Source: Patescibacteria group bacterium
GTDB taxonomy: Bacteria; Patescibacteriota; Patescibacteriia; Patescibacteriales; JBAZCA01
DNA: 64,000 bases
Reading direction: 5' to 3'
Assembly: GCA_041671125.1 (NCBI GenBank)
Contig: JBAZCA010000006.1
Location: forward strand, 3,184-67,183
In this document: piece by piece, positions 37,625 through 47,505 of the stretch
Position numbering within the stretch: the stretch's first letter is position 1
Layout: the number at the start of each line of letters is the position of its first letter
Notes under the pieces: model-generated
Seen by the model: the letters and a program-made list of their open reading frames with translations, nothing else
Database searches by the model: none
Told to the model about the DNA's origin: nothing
Made by a program: the position numbers and the translations under genes

Positions 37625-39199
37625 ATGAGTGGGGATAAAATTTCCTCACCCATTCCAATTATGATGAAAACACAAACCGAAGCTTTAAGCTTCAATGGTC
37701 TTGGCATTGCGCCAAAACTTTTAGACATTTTAGCCGGATTAAATTATTTCACTCCGACGCCGATTCAATTACAGTCCATCCCCACGAGTTTAGAAGGGAA
37801 GGATTTAGTCGGCATCGCCCAAACCGGAACCGGAAAAACCCTGGCTTTTGGCATTCCAATGATCCAACTGCTCGCTACCAATAAGGGAAAAGGGTTGGTC
37901 GTTTTACCGACCCGCGAACTGGCTTTGCAGGTTGATGAACATTTAAGGATTATTGGCAATAAAATCGGACTGCGGACCGCGGTGTTAATCGGCGGGGAAG
38001 CGATGGGCCGCCAGTTAGGCGCCCTAAAGCGCAATCCGCACATTATCGTCGCGACGCCGGGAAGGCTCGCTGACCACGCCAAACGGGGAACGGTTAAATT
38101 GAACGACGTGAAGATCTTAGTTTTGGACGAAGCGGACATGATGCTGGATATGGGATTCCTGCCGCAGATTAAGGAAATTTTAAAACTGGTGCCAAAAGAA
38201 AGACAGACCATGCTTTTTTCCGCTACCATGCCGAACCAGATCATGAAAATCGCCACCGAATACATGGCTTTGCCAATTAGGATTGAAGTGGCGCCGGCCG
38301 GAACCGCGGCAGAAAATGTTGAGCAGGAAATAATCATTATTGACCGGGATTCAAAATTCCCTCAACTTAAAAAAATACTGGAAGAAACCAAAGGATCGGT
38401 TTTGATGTTCTGCCGCACTAAGCACAGCGTAAAAAACCTGACCCAAAAAATCCGCTTAGCCGGATTCAGCGCGACCGAAATTCATTCTAACCGGTCTTTA
38501 GTCCAGCGCCGGACCGCCTTAAACGGCTTTAAACTTGGACAATTTCGGGTGCTCGTCGCGACGGATATCGCGGCCCGGGGAATTGACGTTAAAGGGATTG
38601 AACTGGTTATAAATTACGATCTGCCGGAAAACTCGGAAGACTATGTGCACCGCATCGGAAGAACCGGCCGGGCGGGAAAAAGCGGCAAAGCGATTTCTTT
38701 CGCCCTGCCGAGCCAGATGCGCGATATCCGGGATATTGAAAGATTGATTAAAAAAACTTTGAATGTTACCAGGCCGAATGGCGAAGCCCTTGATCCGGCC
38801 GGCATGAAACAGGCATTTGCCCGCGCCACCCTGGAAAAATACGTAGAAAGAAAGGCCCGGGGCGGAGGAGGAAGGACTGGCGGAAGGGTAACTCATAGGA
38901 TAGATTCCCATACTAACTCAAGGATGTACCACAGCCCCAAAACTGAAGGCGCCAGCCAAAAACCTTATCGCGCCTTCAGTAAACCGGACCGCGGTCTCAA
39001 CTCTAAACCCGGAAACAGCTTTGATCGCAAGCCGGGCAAGCCGGGCGGATTTGGCGGACGCTTTAAAAAAGATTATGAAGATAATTCTAACGCGGCCGTA
39101 GAAAATTCGCCGGATCGCTATAATCCCTACAATAAGCCTAAAAAAAGATCGGCGAACCGGACTTTTAGTAGATGGCAGGACAGGAAAAAATCATACTAA
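37625..39199 (+). CDS. DEAD-box ATP-dependent RNA helicase (RhlE/CshA-like) with basic Gly/Arg-rich tail
   Basis: Q motif TPTPIQ, AQTGTGKT, DEAD, SAT, HRIGRTGRAG. An alternative start is at 37661. Confidence 0.92.
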   Translation: MSGDKISSPIPIMMKTQTEALSFNGLGIAPKLLDILAGLNYFTPTPIQLQSIPTSLEGKDLVGIAQTGTGKTLAFGIPMIQLLATNKGKGLVVLPTRELALQVDEHLRIIGNKIGLRTAVLIGGEAMGRQLGALKRNPHIIVATPGRLADHAKRGTVKLNDVKILVLDEADMMLDMGFLPQIKEILKLVPKERQTMLFSATMPNQIMKIATEYMALPIRIEVAPAGTAAENVEQEIIIIDRDSKFPQLKKILEETKGSVLMFCRTKHSVKNLTQKIRLAGFSATEIHSNRSLVQRRTALNGFKLGQFRVLVATDIAARGIDVKGIELVINYDLPENSEDYVHRIGRTGRAGKSGKAISFALPSQMRDIRDIERLIKKTLNVTRPNGEALDPAGMKQAFARATLEKYVERKARGGGGRTGGRVTHRIDSHTNSRMYHSPKTEGASQKPYRAFSKPDRGLNSKPGNSFDRKPGKPGGFGGRFKKDYEDNSNAAVENSPDRYNPYNKPKKRSANRTFSRWQDRKKSY

Positions 39200-39232
39200 C
39201 AACTCTGAATTACGAAACGCCTTTTTTGCCCC

Positions 39233-39310
39233 GTCGTTCTGAGGCTGAAGGCCGAAGAATCTCGTGGTATTTCCGCTAAACACGAGATCCTTCACTCCGT
39301 TCAGGATGAC
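39233..39310. repeat. Family-A palindromic element, short variant
   Basis: gtcgttctgaggctgaaggccgaagaatctcgtg / cacgagatccttcactccgttcaggatgac. Confidence 0.7.
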
Positions 39311-39324
39311 GTTTCAGCCAAGAC

Positions 39325-39356
39325 AAAACATCCCGCCAAAGAGGCGGGATGTTTTT
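39325..39356. terminator. Bidirectional Rho-independent terminator (helicase / csp)
   Basis: 11-bp stem aacatcccgcc/ggcgggatgtt flanked by A-run and T-run. Confidence 0.8.
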
Positions 39357-39373
39357 ACGCGTGTAAAAAAGTA

Positions 39374-39568
39374 TTAAGCTTTTTGTACATTGACGGCGGC
39401 ATTGCCTTTCGGAGTTTTTTCAATCTCGAAAGTAACCGCGTCGCCTTCCCGGAGTTGGCTGAATTCAACACCGGACAAGTTGTTGGCGTGGAAGAATAAA
39501 TCGTCTCCGCCATCCTGAGCGATAAAACCGAAGTTTTTATCAGTCAGTTTTTTGATAGTTCCTTGCAT
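39374..39568 (-). CDS. Cold-shock protein (CspA family)
   Basis: MQGTIKKLTDKNFGFIAQDGGDDLFFH carries the RNP1/RNP2 motifs. The ORF track starts 10 codons upstream; ATG at 39568 is preferred. Confidence 0.9.
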   Translation of the reverse strand: MQGTIKKLTDKNFGFIAQDGGDDLFFHANNLSGVEFSQLREGDAVTFEIEKTPKGNAAVNVQKA

Positions 39569-39734
39569 GTGAATGTAAAGATAAAATAAATTAATCAAAT
39601 ACTAAGAAGTAGAAATTCGACTTTATCTCTACACTCAAAATATTCGCCACTCCGCTTCGCCGGTCGGCGGTTTACGGAGCGGTCAGTAGTTAAACTGACT
39701 CCTAGACACTAACATAAAGAAAATTTTTTGTCAA

Positions 39735-39762
39735 TTGACTTTCGCGGTATTTAGAGTATAAT
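39735..39762 (+). promoter_or_regulatory. Near-consensus sigma70 promoter
   Basis: TTGACT, 16-nt spacer, TATAAT. Followed by a ~155-nt leader before ORF 39923. Confidence 0.55.
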
Positions 39763-39922
39763 TCGGATATAGGGAATAGCGGGAAAAATGGTTGCTTTAA
39801 TGGCTTCCCGGTAAATTTAAGGCAAAGGCTATGCAGGCAACTCATGTTATTCGGGTTGCTTTTTTTATTCATAAAGCGGATGGCCATAAAAGCGGTTTTT
39901 ATCGCCCTCCAAACGCGAATAT

Positions 39923-40141
39923 ATGGTTACAAAAGAAGAATTTTTAACTGAGCATAATAGATTATCGCCGATAAACCTGAAGGCCACGCTGGGCATGCTT
40001 ACCCGCTTCAGGGAAGAAAAACCGGCGCTTTTTAAGGGAAGTGACTGGCCGATTGATAAAATCCGCCGACCGTTTATTTTTTGGCTGACCTCGCTTTCCC
40101 GGGTGAAGAAGGAGGAAGTGTTCAATTGCGGGAAAAAATAG
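39923..40141 (+). CDS. Hypothetical small protein
   Basis: 72-aa ORF downstream of a good promoter and 13 nt upstream of the capA-like gene. No recognisable domain. Confidence 0.3.
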   Translation: MVTKEEFLTEHNRLSPINLKATLGMLTRFREEKPALFKGSDWPIDKIRRPFIFWLTSLSRVKKEEVFNCGKK

Positions 40142-40154
40142 CGATTGAAAAAAA

Positions 40155-41279
40155 ATGGGAAAGCTTCCTAAATATTTCATATCTGTTTCTGCCTTGCTGG
40201 TATTAGCCGGTATTTTGGCGGTTTTAATATTTGTCCAATTTCCGGCAACGCTCTTAGCGCTAAAAAAAGGGAGCGGTGACGCGATCGGCTCCGGGCGCGG
40301 AGCCGGGGAGGCGCGTGAAGAATCCGGAGAGGAAAAAAAAGAAATTAAGGCGGTTGAAGAAGAACTGCCGGAAAAAATCAGCCTGCTTTTTGCCGGCGAT
40401 ATCATGCTTGACCGGAATGTTTACCTTAAAGTCCGGGCTAAGGATGATTATGATTTTCCTTTTGAAAAAATCGGGTCTGTAATTGAATCAGCGGATTTTT
40501 TTGTTGCTAACCTTGAAGGGCCGGTGACGGATAATAAATCGGTGAGCCTGGAAAAAGACCGGATGGTTTTTACTTTTTCGCCGGAATTTTTGCCGGTCTT
40601 AAAAAAATATTTTAACGCTTTCAGTTTGGCCAATAATCATACCCAGAATTTCGGCCAGAAAGGGCTTATCGTGAGCCGTGATTACCTTAGTAAGTCAGCG
40701 ATTGGCTATTTTGGCGACCCGAATAATGATGAAAAAAACCTGTCCGCTGTCTTTGAAAAAAACGGGTTTAAAATCGGGTTCGTTGGCTACCACGGCCTTT
40801 ATCGGGATGAACCGGAAAAAGTTTCTAAAGAAATTGAAAAGCTCAGGCCGGATTGCGACCTGATAATAATTTTCCCCCATTGGGGCATTGAGTATAAGCG
40901 AAAGCCTTCAGCTTCGCAGGAAAAGGAGGCTCGGCTGTTTATTGACAGCGGGGCTGATCTCGTAATCGGGAGCCATCCGCACGTAATCCAGACGGTTGAA
41001 GAATATAAAGGCAAACTGATTTTTTACAGCCTGGGGAATTTTATCTTTGACCAATATTTTTCCAAAGAAACCATGGAAGGCCTGACTGTCGGGGTGGATG
41101 TTTTTAAACTGGACGGGAAACTGAAAATTGATTACCGAATCATTCCGATAACCATTAGTAAAGAGAGCCAGGCTGAATTAGCCGGGGAAGAAAGAAAAAA
41201 GGAAATCCTTGACTGGCTGGCTGAAAATTCAGGCGTAAGCGAAAAAATCAGGGAAGAGATAAAAAGCGGCTTTTTTTAA
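40155..41279 (+). CDS. CapA family (PGA_cap metallophosphatase-like) protein
   Basis: TM anchor plus motifs LLFAGDIMLDR, ANLEGPVT, SLANNHTQNFG, GSHPHV. Confidence 0.8.
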   Translation: MGKLPKYFISVSALLVLAGILAVLIFVQFPATLLALKKGSGDAIGSGRGAGEAREESGEEKKEIKAVEEELPEKISLLFAGDIMLDRNVYLKVRAKDDYDFPFEKIGSVIESADFFVANLEGPVTDNKSVSLEKDRMVFTFSPEFLPVLKKYFNAFSLANNHTQNFGQKGLIVSRDYLSKSAIGYFGDPNNDEKNLSAVFEKNGFKIGFVGYHGLYRDEPEKVSKEIEKLRPDCDLIIIFPHWGIEYKRKPSASQEKEARLFIDSGADLVIGSHPHVIQTVEEYKGKLIFYSLGNFIFDQYFSKETMEGLTVGVDVFKLDGKLKIDYRIIPITISKESQAELAGEERKKEILDWLAENSGVSEKIREEIKSGFF

Positions 41280-41351
41280 GCGTTCGCTGTTGTCATTTTT
41301 TAGCTGTTATCAGCTTATGAAATACGCCCCCTTATTTTATATGAAACGGCC

Positions 41352-41371
41352 AGGGTAAATTACCCTTTTTT
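41352..41371 (+). terminator. Rho-independent terminator after the capA-like gene
   Basis: gggta-aat-taccc hairpin followed by tttttt. Confidence 0.55.
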
Positions 41372-41381
41372 CATGGCGGTT

Positions 41382-42254
41382 TTATCCTCTTAAAACTTCG
41401 TTTATGAGTCCGCTTATATCAATATTGGCAGATTTGTTTTTTATTGTATTCGTAAGATAGAGTCCATCATATTTTTCCGCGATGCGCTTAATGCCTTTGG
41501 GAAGGACACCGTGGGTGATTAAGGCCACGACTTTTTTTGCTTCCCGCGATTTACATTCATCGTAAAATTTGGCCATTGTCCCGCCGGTTTCAAGAAGGTC
41601 ATCAACTACGCCGACGTTTCTGTCTTTTACCGCGCTAGAGAGCCACTGGCCACTTTCTTCTTTCATCTGGGTTTCAAAGGAATTCAGTCTTTGTTTTTCC
41701 ACGCCGGAAATGCCGGTCCGCCTCTGAGAACCTACGTCCGGGGTGATAAAAACCATGTCCGGGTTAGTCTTCTGGGCTTCGGCTTTGAGTAAATCAACGG
41801 CACTTAAATTTTTTATCGGGTAATTATTAGTAAAATCCCGGCCCCAAAAATGGGCGTCCACTGTCCAAATTTTTTGGACAGCGTAATAGGTGGTGAGCTC
41901 TTTTAAAATGTTTTCAGCCGTGTTAAGCGCGCCGGCCTGGTCGGCGTGGTCCTGCATGCCGTAAGCAAAGTAGGTAAAAAACACTTCCGGCTTTATGGAG
42001 CGTTCTTTTAGGATTTCCAAAACCATTTTTAGTTCCATGAGCCCATCATTCGGCCGGGGCATGCCGGAGTGGATGACGATTGTCCGGCCTTCCGGATTTT
42101 TTATGCCCTCCAGCCGGGCGTAAATTTCGCCATCCGGAAAATAGCGCTTTTTATCCTTATTCTTTCCGTTTTTAATGATACGGAAGTTTTTTTTATCTTT
42201 TTTTAAAAGCTTGACCAGGTGTTCTGCCTGGGATGTGCAAATGATATTTATCAT
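41382..42254 (-). CDS. prs: Ribose-phosphate pyrophosphokinase (PRPP synthase)
   Basis: The FPDGEIY motif, the PRPP-binding loop VGVVDDLLETGGT and the size fit short Prs enzymes. Confidence 0.75.
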   Translation of the reverse strand: MINIICTSQAEHLVKLLKKDKKNFRIIKNGKNKDKKRYFPDGEIYARLEGIKNPEGRTIVIHSGMPRPNDGLMELKMVLEILKERSIKPEVFFTYFAYGMQDHADQAGALNTAENILKELTTYYAVQKIWTVDAHFWGRDFTNNYPIKNLSAVDLLKAEAQKTNPDMVFITPDVGSQRRTGISGVEKQRLNSFETQMKEESGQWLSSAVKDRNVGVVDDLLETGGTMAKFYDECKSREAKKVVALITHGVLPKGIKRIAEKYDGLYLTNTIKNKSANIDISGLINEVLRG

Positions 42255-42256
42255 AA

Positions 42257-42904
42257 TTAATTTCCAAGCATTCTAAGCGATTTAATAGCTTTGACGCGAT
42301 TTTTTGATTTAAAAATATAAGATCCGGCGACAATATTATCGCCACCGGCTTTAACGGCCAATGGGGCGGTGATATTATCCATTCCGCCGTCTATTTTTAT
42401 TTCAATGTCGGGAAATTTTTTTCTTAAATAGGTGACCTTGGAGAGTTCTTTGGCCATAAATTTTTGACCGCCAAAGCCGGGAGTTACCGTCATGATGACA
42501 AAATAATCCGCCAGGCCGAAATAGGGGAATAATTCCTCAACCGGAGTTTTCGGGCTGATGGCCACTCCGGCCGGCTTGCCGGATTTTTTAGTAATATCAA
42601 GACTTAGTTTTGTCATTTCCTCGCCCAATTCAACATGGGTGGCAATTCTGGCCGCTCCGGATTCTATAAAGTGGTGGATATGCTTGGCTGGATTTTCTAT
42701 CATTAAGTGGCAGTCCAGCGGCAGTTTTGATTTTATGCAGTTCAAAATTGTGTAACCGAAAGTGATGTTGGGGACAAAATGGCCGTCCATGACGTCAACA
42801 TGGAGAAAATCGGCGTAATCTTCAACCGACTTTATTTCGTCATTCAAACAGCCGAAATCGGCGGCTAAGATGGATGGGGAGATTTTTAGTTTCGGATTTT
42901 TCAT
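42257..42904 (-). CDS. rpe: Ribulose-phosphate 3-epimerase
   Basis: ISPSILAADF, HVDVMDGHFVPN, VTPGFGGQKF. Confidence 0.93.
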   Translation of the reverse strand: MKNPKLKISPSILAADFGCLNDEIKSVEDYADFLHVDVMDGHFVPNITFGYTILNCIKSKLPLDCHLMIENPAKHIHHFIESGAARIATHVELGEEMTKLSLDITKKSGKPAGVAISPKTPVEELFPYFGLADYFVIMTVTPGFGGQKFMAKELSKVTYLRKKFPDIEIKIDGGMDNITAPLAVKAGGDNIVAGSYIFKSKNRVKAIKSLRMLGN

Positions 42905-43031
42905 TTAATGGCTGGTTATTTTTATATTTAAAGATTATCATACCGGGCGCCCGAATTCAAGGCGCGAGGCATTTACAAATACTAAATAAATAGGGTAATA
43001 TGAAACTAAGATAATAACTAATATTAAACTT

Positions 43032-43967
43032 ATGGACAGAAATTTGGCTTTAGAATTCGTCCGGGTTACGGAGGCGGCGGCTATCGCGGCGGCAAAATGG
43101 ATTGGAAAAGGTGAGGGAAAAAAGGCCGACGGCGCGGCAGTTGACGAGATGCGCGACCGTTTTAACCAGATTGATTTTAGAGGGAAAGTGGTTATCGGTG
43201 AAGGCGCCAAAGACGAGGCGCCCGAACTCTATACCGGAGAAATCGTGGGAAAAGGGAAGAAGCCAGTTATGGATTTAGCTATTGACCCTTTAGAATGCAC
43301 GGACAGCGTGGCTTTTGGCCGCTATAACGCGATTACCGTAATCACGGCCGGAGCGCCAAAATCGCTCCTTTCAGCGCCGGATGTATATATGGAAAAAATC
43401 GCGGCCGGACCAAAAGCGGCCAAAGTGATAAAACTGGACGCGCCGGTTAAAGTCAATATTGAAAAAACCGCTAAAGCTCTCGGAAAGAAAGTCGGCGATA
43501 TTACCGTCTGTATTCTTGACCGGGAACGCCACGCGGACCTTATCGCCGAAGTCCGGAAAGCCGGAGCCAGGGTCAGGCTTATAACTGACGGGGATGTCGC
43601 GGGCGGGATCGCGCCTTCCATGCCGGAATCGGGAATAGATATGCTTTTAGGGATTGGGTCTTCAACCGAAGCGGTTTTAGCCGCGGCGGCCATTAAAATT
43701 CTCGGCGGAGAAATCCAGGCTCGCTTTAAGCCGATAAGCGAGACGAGCGAAAAAGTTATTAAAAAAGCCGGCATGTCGTTAAATAGAATTTACCGGACGG
43801 AAGATTTGGCTAAAGGAAAGCAATTAACTTTTACCGCCACCGGCGTAATTGACGGCCCTCTTTTAAAAGGAGTGCAAGTTACAGGTAGCGCGATAATTAC
43901 CCATTCAATCGTCATGCGGGGTATATCAGGGACAATCCGTTACATAACGACGCGGCATCATAAGTAA
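43032..43967 (+). CDS. glpX: Fructose-1,6-bisphosphatase class II
   Basis: LALEFVRVTEAAAIAAAKWIGKG...ADGAAVDEMR and the DGDV motif closely resemble GlpX. Confidence 0.92.
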   Translation: MDRNLALEFVRVTEAAAIAAAKWIGKGEGKKADGAAVDEMRDRFNQIDFRGKVVIGEGAKDEAPELYTGEIVGKGKKPVMDLAIDPLECTDSVAFGRYNAITVITAGAPKSLLSAPDVYMEKIAAGPKAAKVIKLDAPVKVNIEKTAKALGKKVGDITVCILDRERHADLIAEVRKAGARVRLITDGDVAGGIAPSMPESGIDMLLGIGSSTEAVLAAAAIKILGGEIQARFKPISETSEKVIKKAGMSLNRIYRTEDLAKGKQLTFTATGVIDGPLLKGVQVTGSAIITHSIVMRGISGTIRYITTRHHK

Positions 43968-43989
43968 AAATAATTTTTCAATTTTTTCT

Positions 43990-44067
43990 GTCATCCTGAG
44001 CGGAGCGAAGGATCTCGAGTATTGAGCGTTCACCACGAGATTCTTCGGGCTTTGCCCTCAGAATGAC
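43990..44067. repeat. Family-A palindromic element, short variant
   Basis: gtcatcctgagcggagcgaaggatctcg ... cgagattcttcgggctttgccctcagaatgac, between glpX and fba. Confidence 0.75.
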
Positions 44068-44078
44068 GGTTGCCTTTT

Positions 44079-45110
44079 ATGTTAGACCCACAAAAAATCC
44101 AAAAGTTAAAAACGATCGCTAAAGCCATGGTGGCGCCTGGCAAGGGAATATTGGCCGCTGACGAAAGTACCGGCACGATAGAAAAAAGGTTTGCCAAAAT
44201 CAATGTGCCCTCAACCGAGGATAACCGCCGTCGCTACCGGGAAATGCTTTTTACGACTCCGGGACTGGAAAACCACATTAGCGGGGTAATTCTTTTTGAT
44301 GAGACTTTCCGGCAGTCCGGTTCGGACGGTCGGACGTTCGTGTCATTTTTAAAAGAGGTTGGAATTATGCCCGGAATAAAAGTGGACAAAGGTTTAGATC
44401 CTATGCCGGAATCGCCCGAGGAAAAAATTACCAAAGGGCTTGACGACCTTGAAGACCGGCTAAGGGAATACGCCGAACTCGGCGCCCATTTTGCCAAATG
44501 GCGGGCGGTAATAACTATTACCGATATGACCCCGAGCGACGCGAACATTAAGAAAAACGCCAAAGATTTAGCCGCTTACGCTTTAGCCTGCCAGCACGCG
44601 GGGATCGTCCCGATTGTTGAGCCCGAGGTTTTAATGGACGGCGTTCATACTCTTAAGCGGTGCGAAGAAGTAAGCGGAAAAGTTTTGGAAGCGGTTTTCC
44701 GCGAACTGGAAGCCACCGGAGTAATAATGGAAGGCATAATTTTAAAACCCAATATGGTTCTGCCGGCTAAGGATTCGGGAGAAATCGCCCATCCGGAGCA
44801 TATTGCCGAAGCGACTTTAAGGATTTTTAATAAGCACCTGCCGAAAAATCTGCCGGGCGTGGCCTTTCTTTCCGGCGGCCAGTCGGAAATTGAAGCCACG
44901 GAAAATTTGCACGCCATGAATAAAATCGGGCCGCACCCCTGGACTCTTTCGTTTTCTTACGGCCGGGCTTTGCAGGATAGCGCCTTAAAAACCTGGGCGG
45001 GAAAAGAGGAAAACGTTAAAGCCGCCCAGGAAAAATTACTCCACCGGGCAAAGATGAAAGGTCTCGCGGCTAAGGGTGAGTATGATAGGGAATTGGATTG
45101 GAAAGATTAG
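44079..45110 (+). CDS. fba: Fructose-bisphosphate aldolase, class I
   Basis: GKGILAADESTGTIEKRF is typical of class I (Schiff-base) aldolases. The ORF track starts at TTG 44070; ATG at 44079 is preferred. Confidence 0.9.
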   Translation: MLDPQKIQKLKTIAKAMVAPGKGILAADESTGTIEKRFAKINVPSTEDNRRRYREMLFTTPGLENHISGVILFDETFRQSGSDGRTFVSFLKEVGIMPGIKVDKGLDPMPESPEEKITKGLDDLEDRLREYAELGAHFAKWRAVITITDMTPSDANIKKNAKDLAAYALACQHAGIVPIVEPEVLMDGVHTLKRCEEVSGKVLEAVFRELEATGVIMEGIILKPNMVLPAKDSGEIAHPEHIAEATLRIFNKHLPKNLPGVAFLSGGQSEIEATENLHAMNKIGPHPWTLSFSYGRALQDSALKTWAGKEENVKAAQEKLLHRAKMKGLAAKGEYDRELDWKD

Positions 45111-45261
45111 GATTGATTTTAACCTATAATTATCAGTTATGCAGCCAAGTATTTTTGTCCGCAATCAGATGATAAATAACCCCGATTTAATCTTATGGAA
45201 TTTTGTAAGATTAAAAATGAAATCGGAACTAACGGTTTTTTAGATTACGGTATAATTTTTC

Positions 45262-45612
45262 ATGAAAAAAATTCCTCAAAATTCACAAATCATTATTTAT
45301 AAAACCGAGGATGGCCGGACAAAAATTGACGTGCGTTTTGACGGCGATACGGTTTGGCTGGCGCAAAACGCTTTAGCCGAATTATTTCAGACCACTAAAC
45401 AAAACATCGGCCAGCACATAAAAAACATTACGGAAGAGGGGGAATTATCAGAAAATTCAACTGTAAAGAAATTCTTTACAGCTCAAAAAGAAGGCAATCG
45501 CGAGGTAAAAAGGGAAATAGAATTTTATAACCTAGATCTTATCATTTCCGTTGGCTACCGCGTTAAGAGTTCCATCGCCACGGCTTTTCGCCAATGGGCG
45601 ACGGTAATTTGA
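45262..45612 (+). CDS. RhuM-family protein, N-terminal fragment (truncated)
   Basis: IIIYKTEDGRTKIDVRFDGDTVWLAQNALAELFQ...ISVGYRVKSSIATAFRQWAT matches the RhuM N-terminus as I recall it. It stops where full-length members continue for about 200 aa. Confidence 0.6.
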   Translation: MKKIPQNSQIIIYKTEDGRTKIDVRFDGDTVWLAQNALAELFQTTKQNIGQHIKNITEEGELSENSTVKKFFTAQKEGNREVKREIEFYNLDLIISVGYRVKSSIATAFRQWATVI

Positions 45613-45624
45613 TATAATAAATTC

Positions 45625-46455
45625 ATGGAAAAAGAAATAATAAAAACTCTGGCGAAAAATTTTGAATCAATCGGCCAAAAAACCGATGACGGTTTGGAAT
45701 TTTGGCTGGCGCGCGATTTGCAGCATTTGCTCGGATATGACGAATGGAGGAATTTTCAAAATATCATATCCAAAGCGAAAACAGCCTGCGAAGTTTCGGG
45801 GCAAAAGATTGCCGATCATTTTGTTGATGTCAACAAAACGATAAAAATGCCCAAAAATGCCCAAAAAATTGTGCCGGACATCATGCTCACCCGCTACGCC
45901 TGCTATCTTATCGCCCAAAATGGCGATCCCAAAAAAGAAGAGATCGCTTTTGCCCAAACGTATTTTGCCGTTCAAACAAGAAAGATTGAAATTATCGAGC
46001 AAAGGATTTTGGAATCCGAAAGAGTGCAAGCCAGGAAAAAACTGGCGAAGACCGAAAAAGAACTTTCCGCGGTTATTTTTGAACAAACTGGGGATAACCG
46101 GAATTTTGCGTTCATTCGTTCCAAGGGCGACAAAGCGCTTTTCGGCCGGACGACGCAGGATATGAAAGCGCGATGGGGGATAAAAGACAAAAAGCCTTTG
46201 GCGGATTTTATGCCGACTATTCTTCTCAAAGCCAAGGATTTCGCGGCTGAAATTACGATTTTTAACGCCAAAAAGAGAGATATGCGGACGGAAAGTGAAA
46301 TTTCCAAGGAACATATAACGAACAATTCCAGTGTCAGAAAAACTTTGCAAAGCCGTGGGATCACGCCGGAAAATTTACCGCCGGAAAAGGATGTGAAAAA
46401 GGTGGAAAGAAAAATCAAGTCGGAAGGAAAGAAATTATTGAAAAAGAAAAAATAA
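45625..46455 (+). CDS. dinD: DNA-damage-inducible protein D homolog
   Basis: [36 protein letters not shown] and [10 protein letters not shown] parallel E. coli DinD along the whole 276 aa. Confidence 0.8.
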   Translation: MEKEIIKTLAKNFESIGQKTDDGLEFWLARDLQHLLGYDEWRNFQNIISKAKTACEVSGQKIADHFVDVNKTIKMPKNAQKIVPDIMLTRYACYLIAQNGDPKKEEIAFAQTYFAVQTRKIEIIEQRILESERVQARKKLAKTEKELSAVIFEQTGDNRNFAFIRSKGDKALFGRTTQDMKARWGIKDKKPLADFMPTILLKAKDFAAEITIFNAKKRDMRTESEISKEHITNNSSVRKTLQSRGITPENLPPEKDVKKVERKIKSEGKKLLKKKK

Positions 46456-46466
46456 TCGGGTATAAT
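46438..46466 (+). promoter_or_regulatory. Consensus sigma70 promoter, copy 1 of a duplicated module
   Basis: TTGAAA, 17-nt spacer, TATAAT. The 29-nt string ttgaaaaagaaaaaataatcggStataat is repeated at 47506-47534. It overlaps the last dinD codons. Confidence 0.7.
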
Positions 46467-46529
46467 ATGCGCAGGGTAGGGACGCCTGCCTACCGGACAG
46501 GCAGGCATTGTAATGTGTCTCTGCAGGAT

Positions 46530-46600
46530 AAATAATAAAATCGAACCCCGTTAAATCCGCCCGGCGGATATGCGTCGGGATAAATACAAAAACATGAAAG
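46530..46600 (+). promoter_or_regulatory. Conserved 71-nt leader, copy 1
   Basis: 65 of 71 nt are identical to 47545-47615, and all 6 differences are transitions. It ends in acaaaaacATGaaag. Separated from the promoter by a copy-specific insert (46467-46529) with a GC hairpin. Confidence 0.6.
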
Positions 46601-46652
46601 ATATGTTCACCGCTCTCTTAAAAGAAAACTGAAAACTTTATTTTAAAGTGTT

Positions 46653-47486
46653 ATGGATAATAAAATTGCCATTTTTGAAAACTTCAAAATCCGTCGTCAC
46701 TATGACGAAAAGGCGGAGGTTTGGTATTTTTCTGTGGTGGACATAATCCGGGCATTGTTGGAACAGCCAGATTTTCAAACGGCCAGGAAATACTGGAACA
46801 AACTCAAAGAGAGGCTTAAGAATGAAGGAAGTGAGTCGGTGACAAAATGTCACCGACTGAAATTGGAGGCAGCTGACGGGAAAAAGTATCTTACTGATGT
46901 AGCCAATCCCGAAACTATTTTACGCATTATTCAATCGGTGCCGTCCAAGAAAGCCGAACCGATTAAATTGTGGCTGGCTAAGGTTGGATATGAGCGAATT
47001 CAGGAAATGTCCGATCCTGAAAAATCATTGAATCGGGCCAGAGAGAACTGGAAAAATCATGGTCGCAGCCAGAAATGGATCCAGCAGAGAATGATGGGGC
47101 AGGAAACCAGAAATAAGCTGACGGATTATTGGAATGAACACGGAGTTAAAGAAAAAGACGAATTCGCGATTCTCACTAATATTATCCATAAAGAGTGGTC
47201 CGAGCTGTCTGTCAAAGAACACAAAAACCTAAAAGGGTTAAAAGCGCAAAACTTGCGCGACCATATGAGCGAGGCGGAATTGATTTTCACGGCTCTGGCG
47301 GAAATGTCAACCCGGCAGATTGCCGAAACCGATAACGCGGAAGGAATGGCGGAGAATAAATTAGCCGGAAAAAGAGGCGGCGGAATAGCCAAAAGAGCCA
47401 GAATTGACTTGGAACAGAGAACCGGTCAGAAAGTAATTTCCGGAAAGAATTTTTTGATGAAAAGAAACGTTAAGAAATTGAAATAA
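46653..47486 (+). CDS. Bro-N domain protein (prophage antirepressor-like)
   Basis: N-terminal FENFKIRRHYDEKAEVWYFSVVDIIRAL is Bro-N-like. The C-terminal DYWNEHGVKEKDEFAILTNIIHKEW...NLRDHMSEAEL region is typical of this family. Confidence 0.7.
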   Translation: MDNKIAIFENFKIRRHYDEKAEVWYFSVVDIIRALLEQPDFQTARKYWNKLKERLKNEGSESVTKCHRLKLEAADGKKYLTDVANPETILRIIQSVPSKKAEPIKLWLAKVGYERIQEMSDPEKSLNRARENWKNHGRSQKWIQQRMMGQETRNKLTDYWNEHGVKEKDEFAILTNIIHKEWSELSVKEHKNLKGLKAQNLRDHMSEAELIFTALAEMSTRQIAETDNAEGMAENKLAGKRGGGIAKRARIDLEQRTGQKVISGKNFLMKRNVKKLK

Positions 47487-47505
47487 CGCGAAAAAGCTGC
47501 TGTTG

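Noticed and set aside
45667-46508. Long antisense ORFs (227 aa and 178 aa) opposite dinD.
   Set aside because: No recognisable domains and an odd composition. The plus-strand product aligns with DinD along its whole length.
35967-47486. An intact prophage, inferred from the AntA, Bro-N, DinD and RhuM-like genes.
   Set aside because: There are no integrase, terminase, capsid, tail or lysis genes and no att-like direct repeats. The genes are separated by core metabolic genes.
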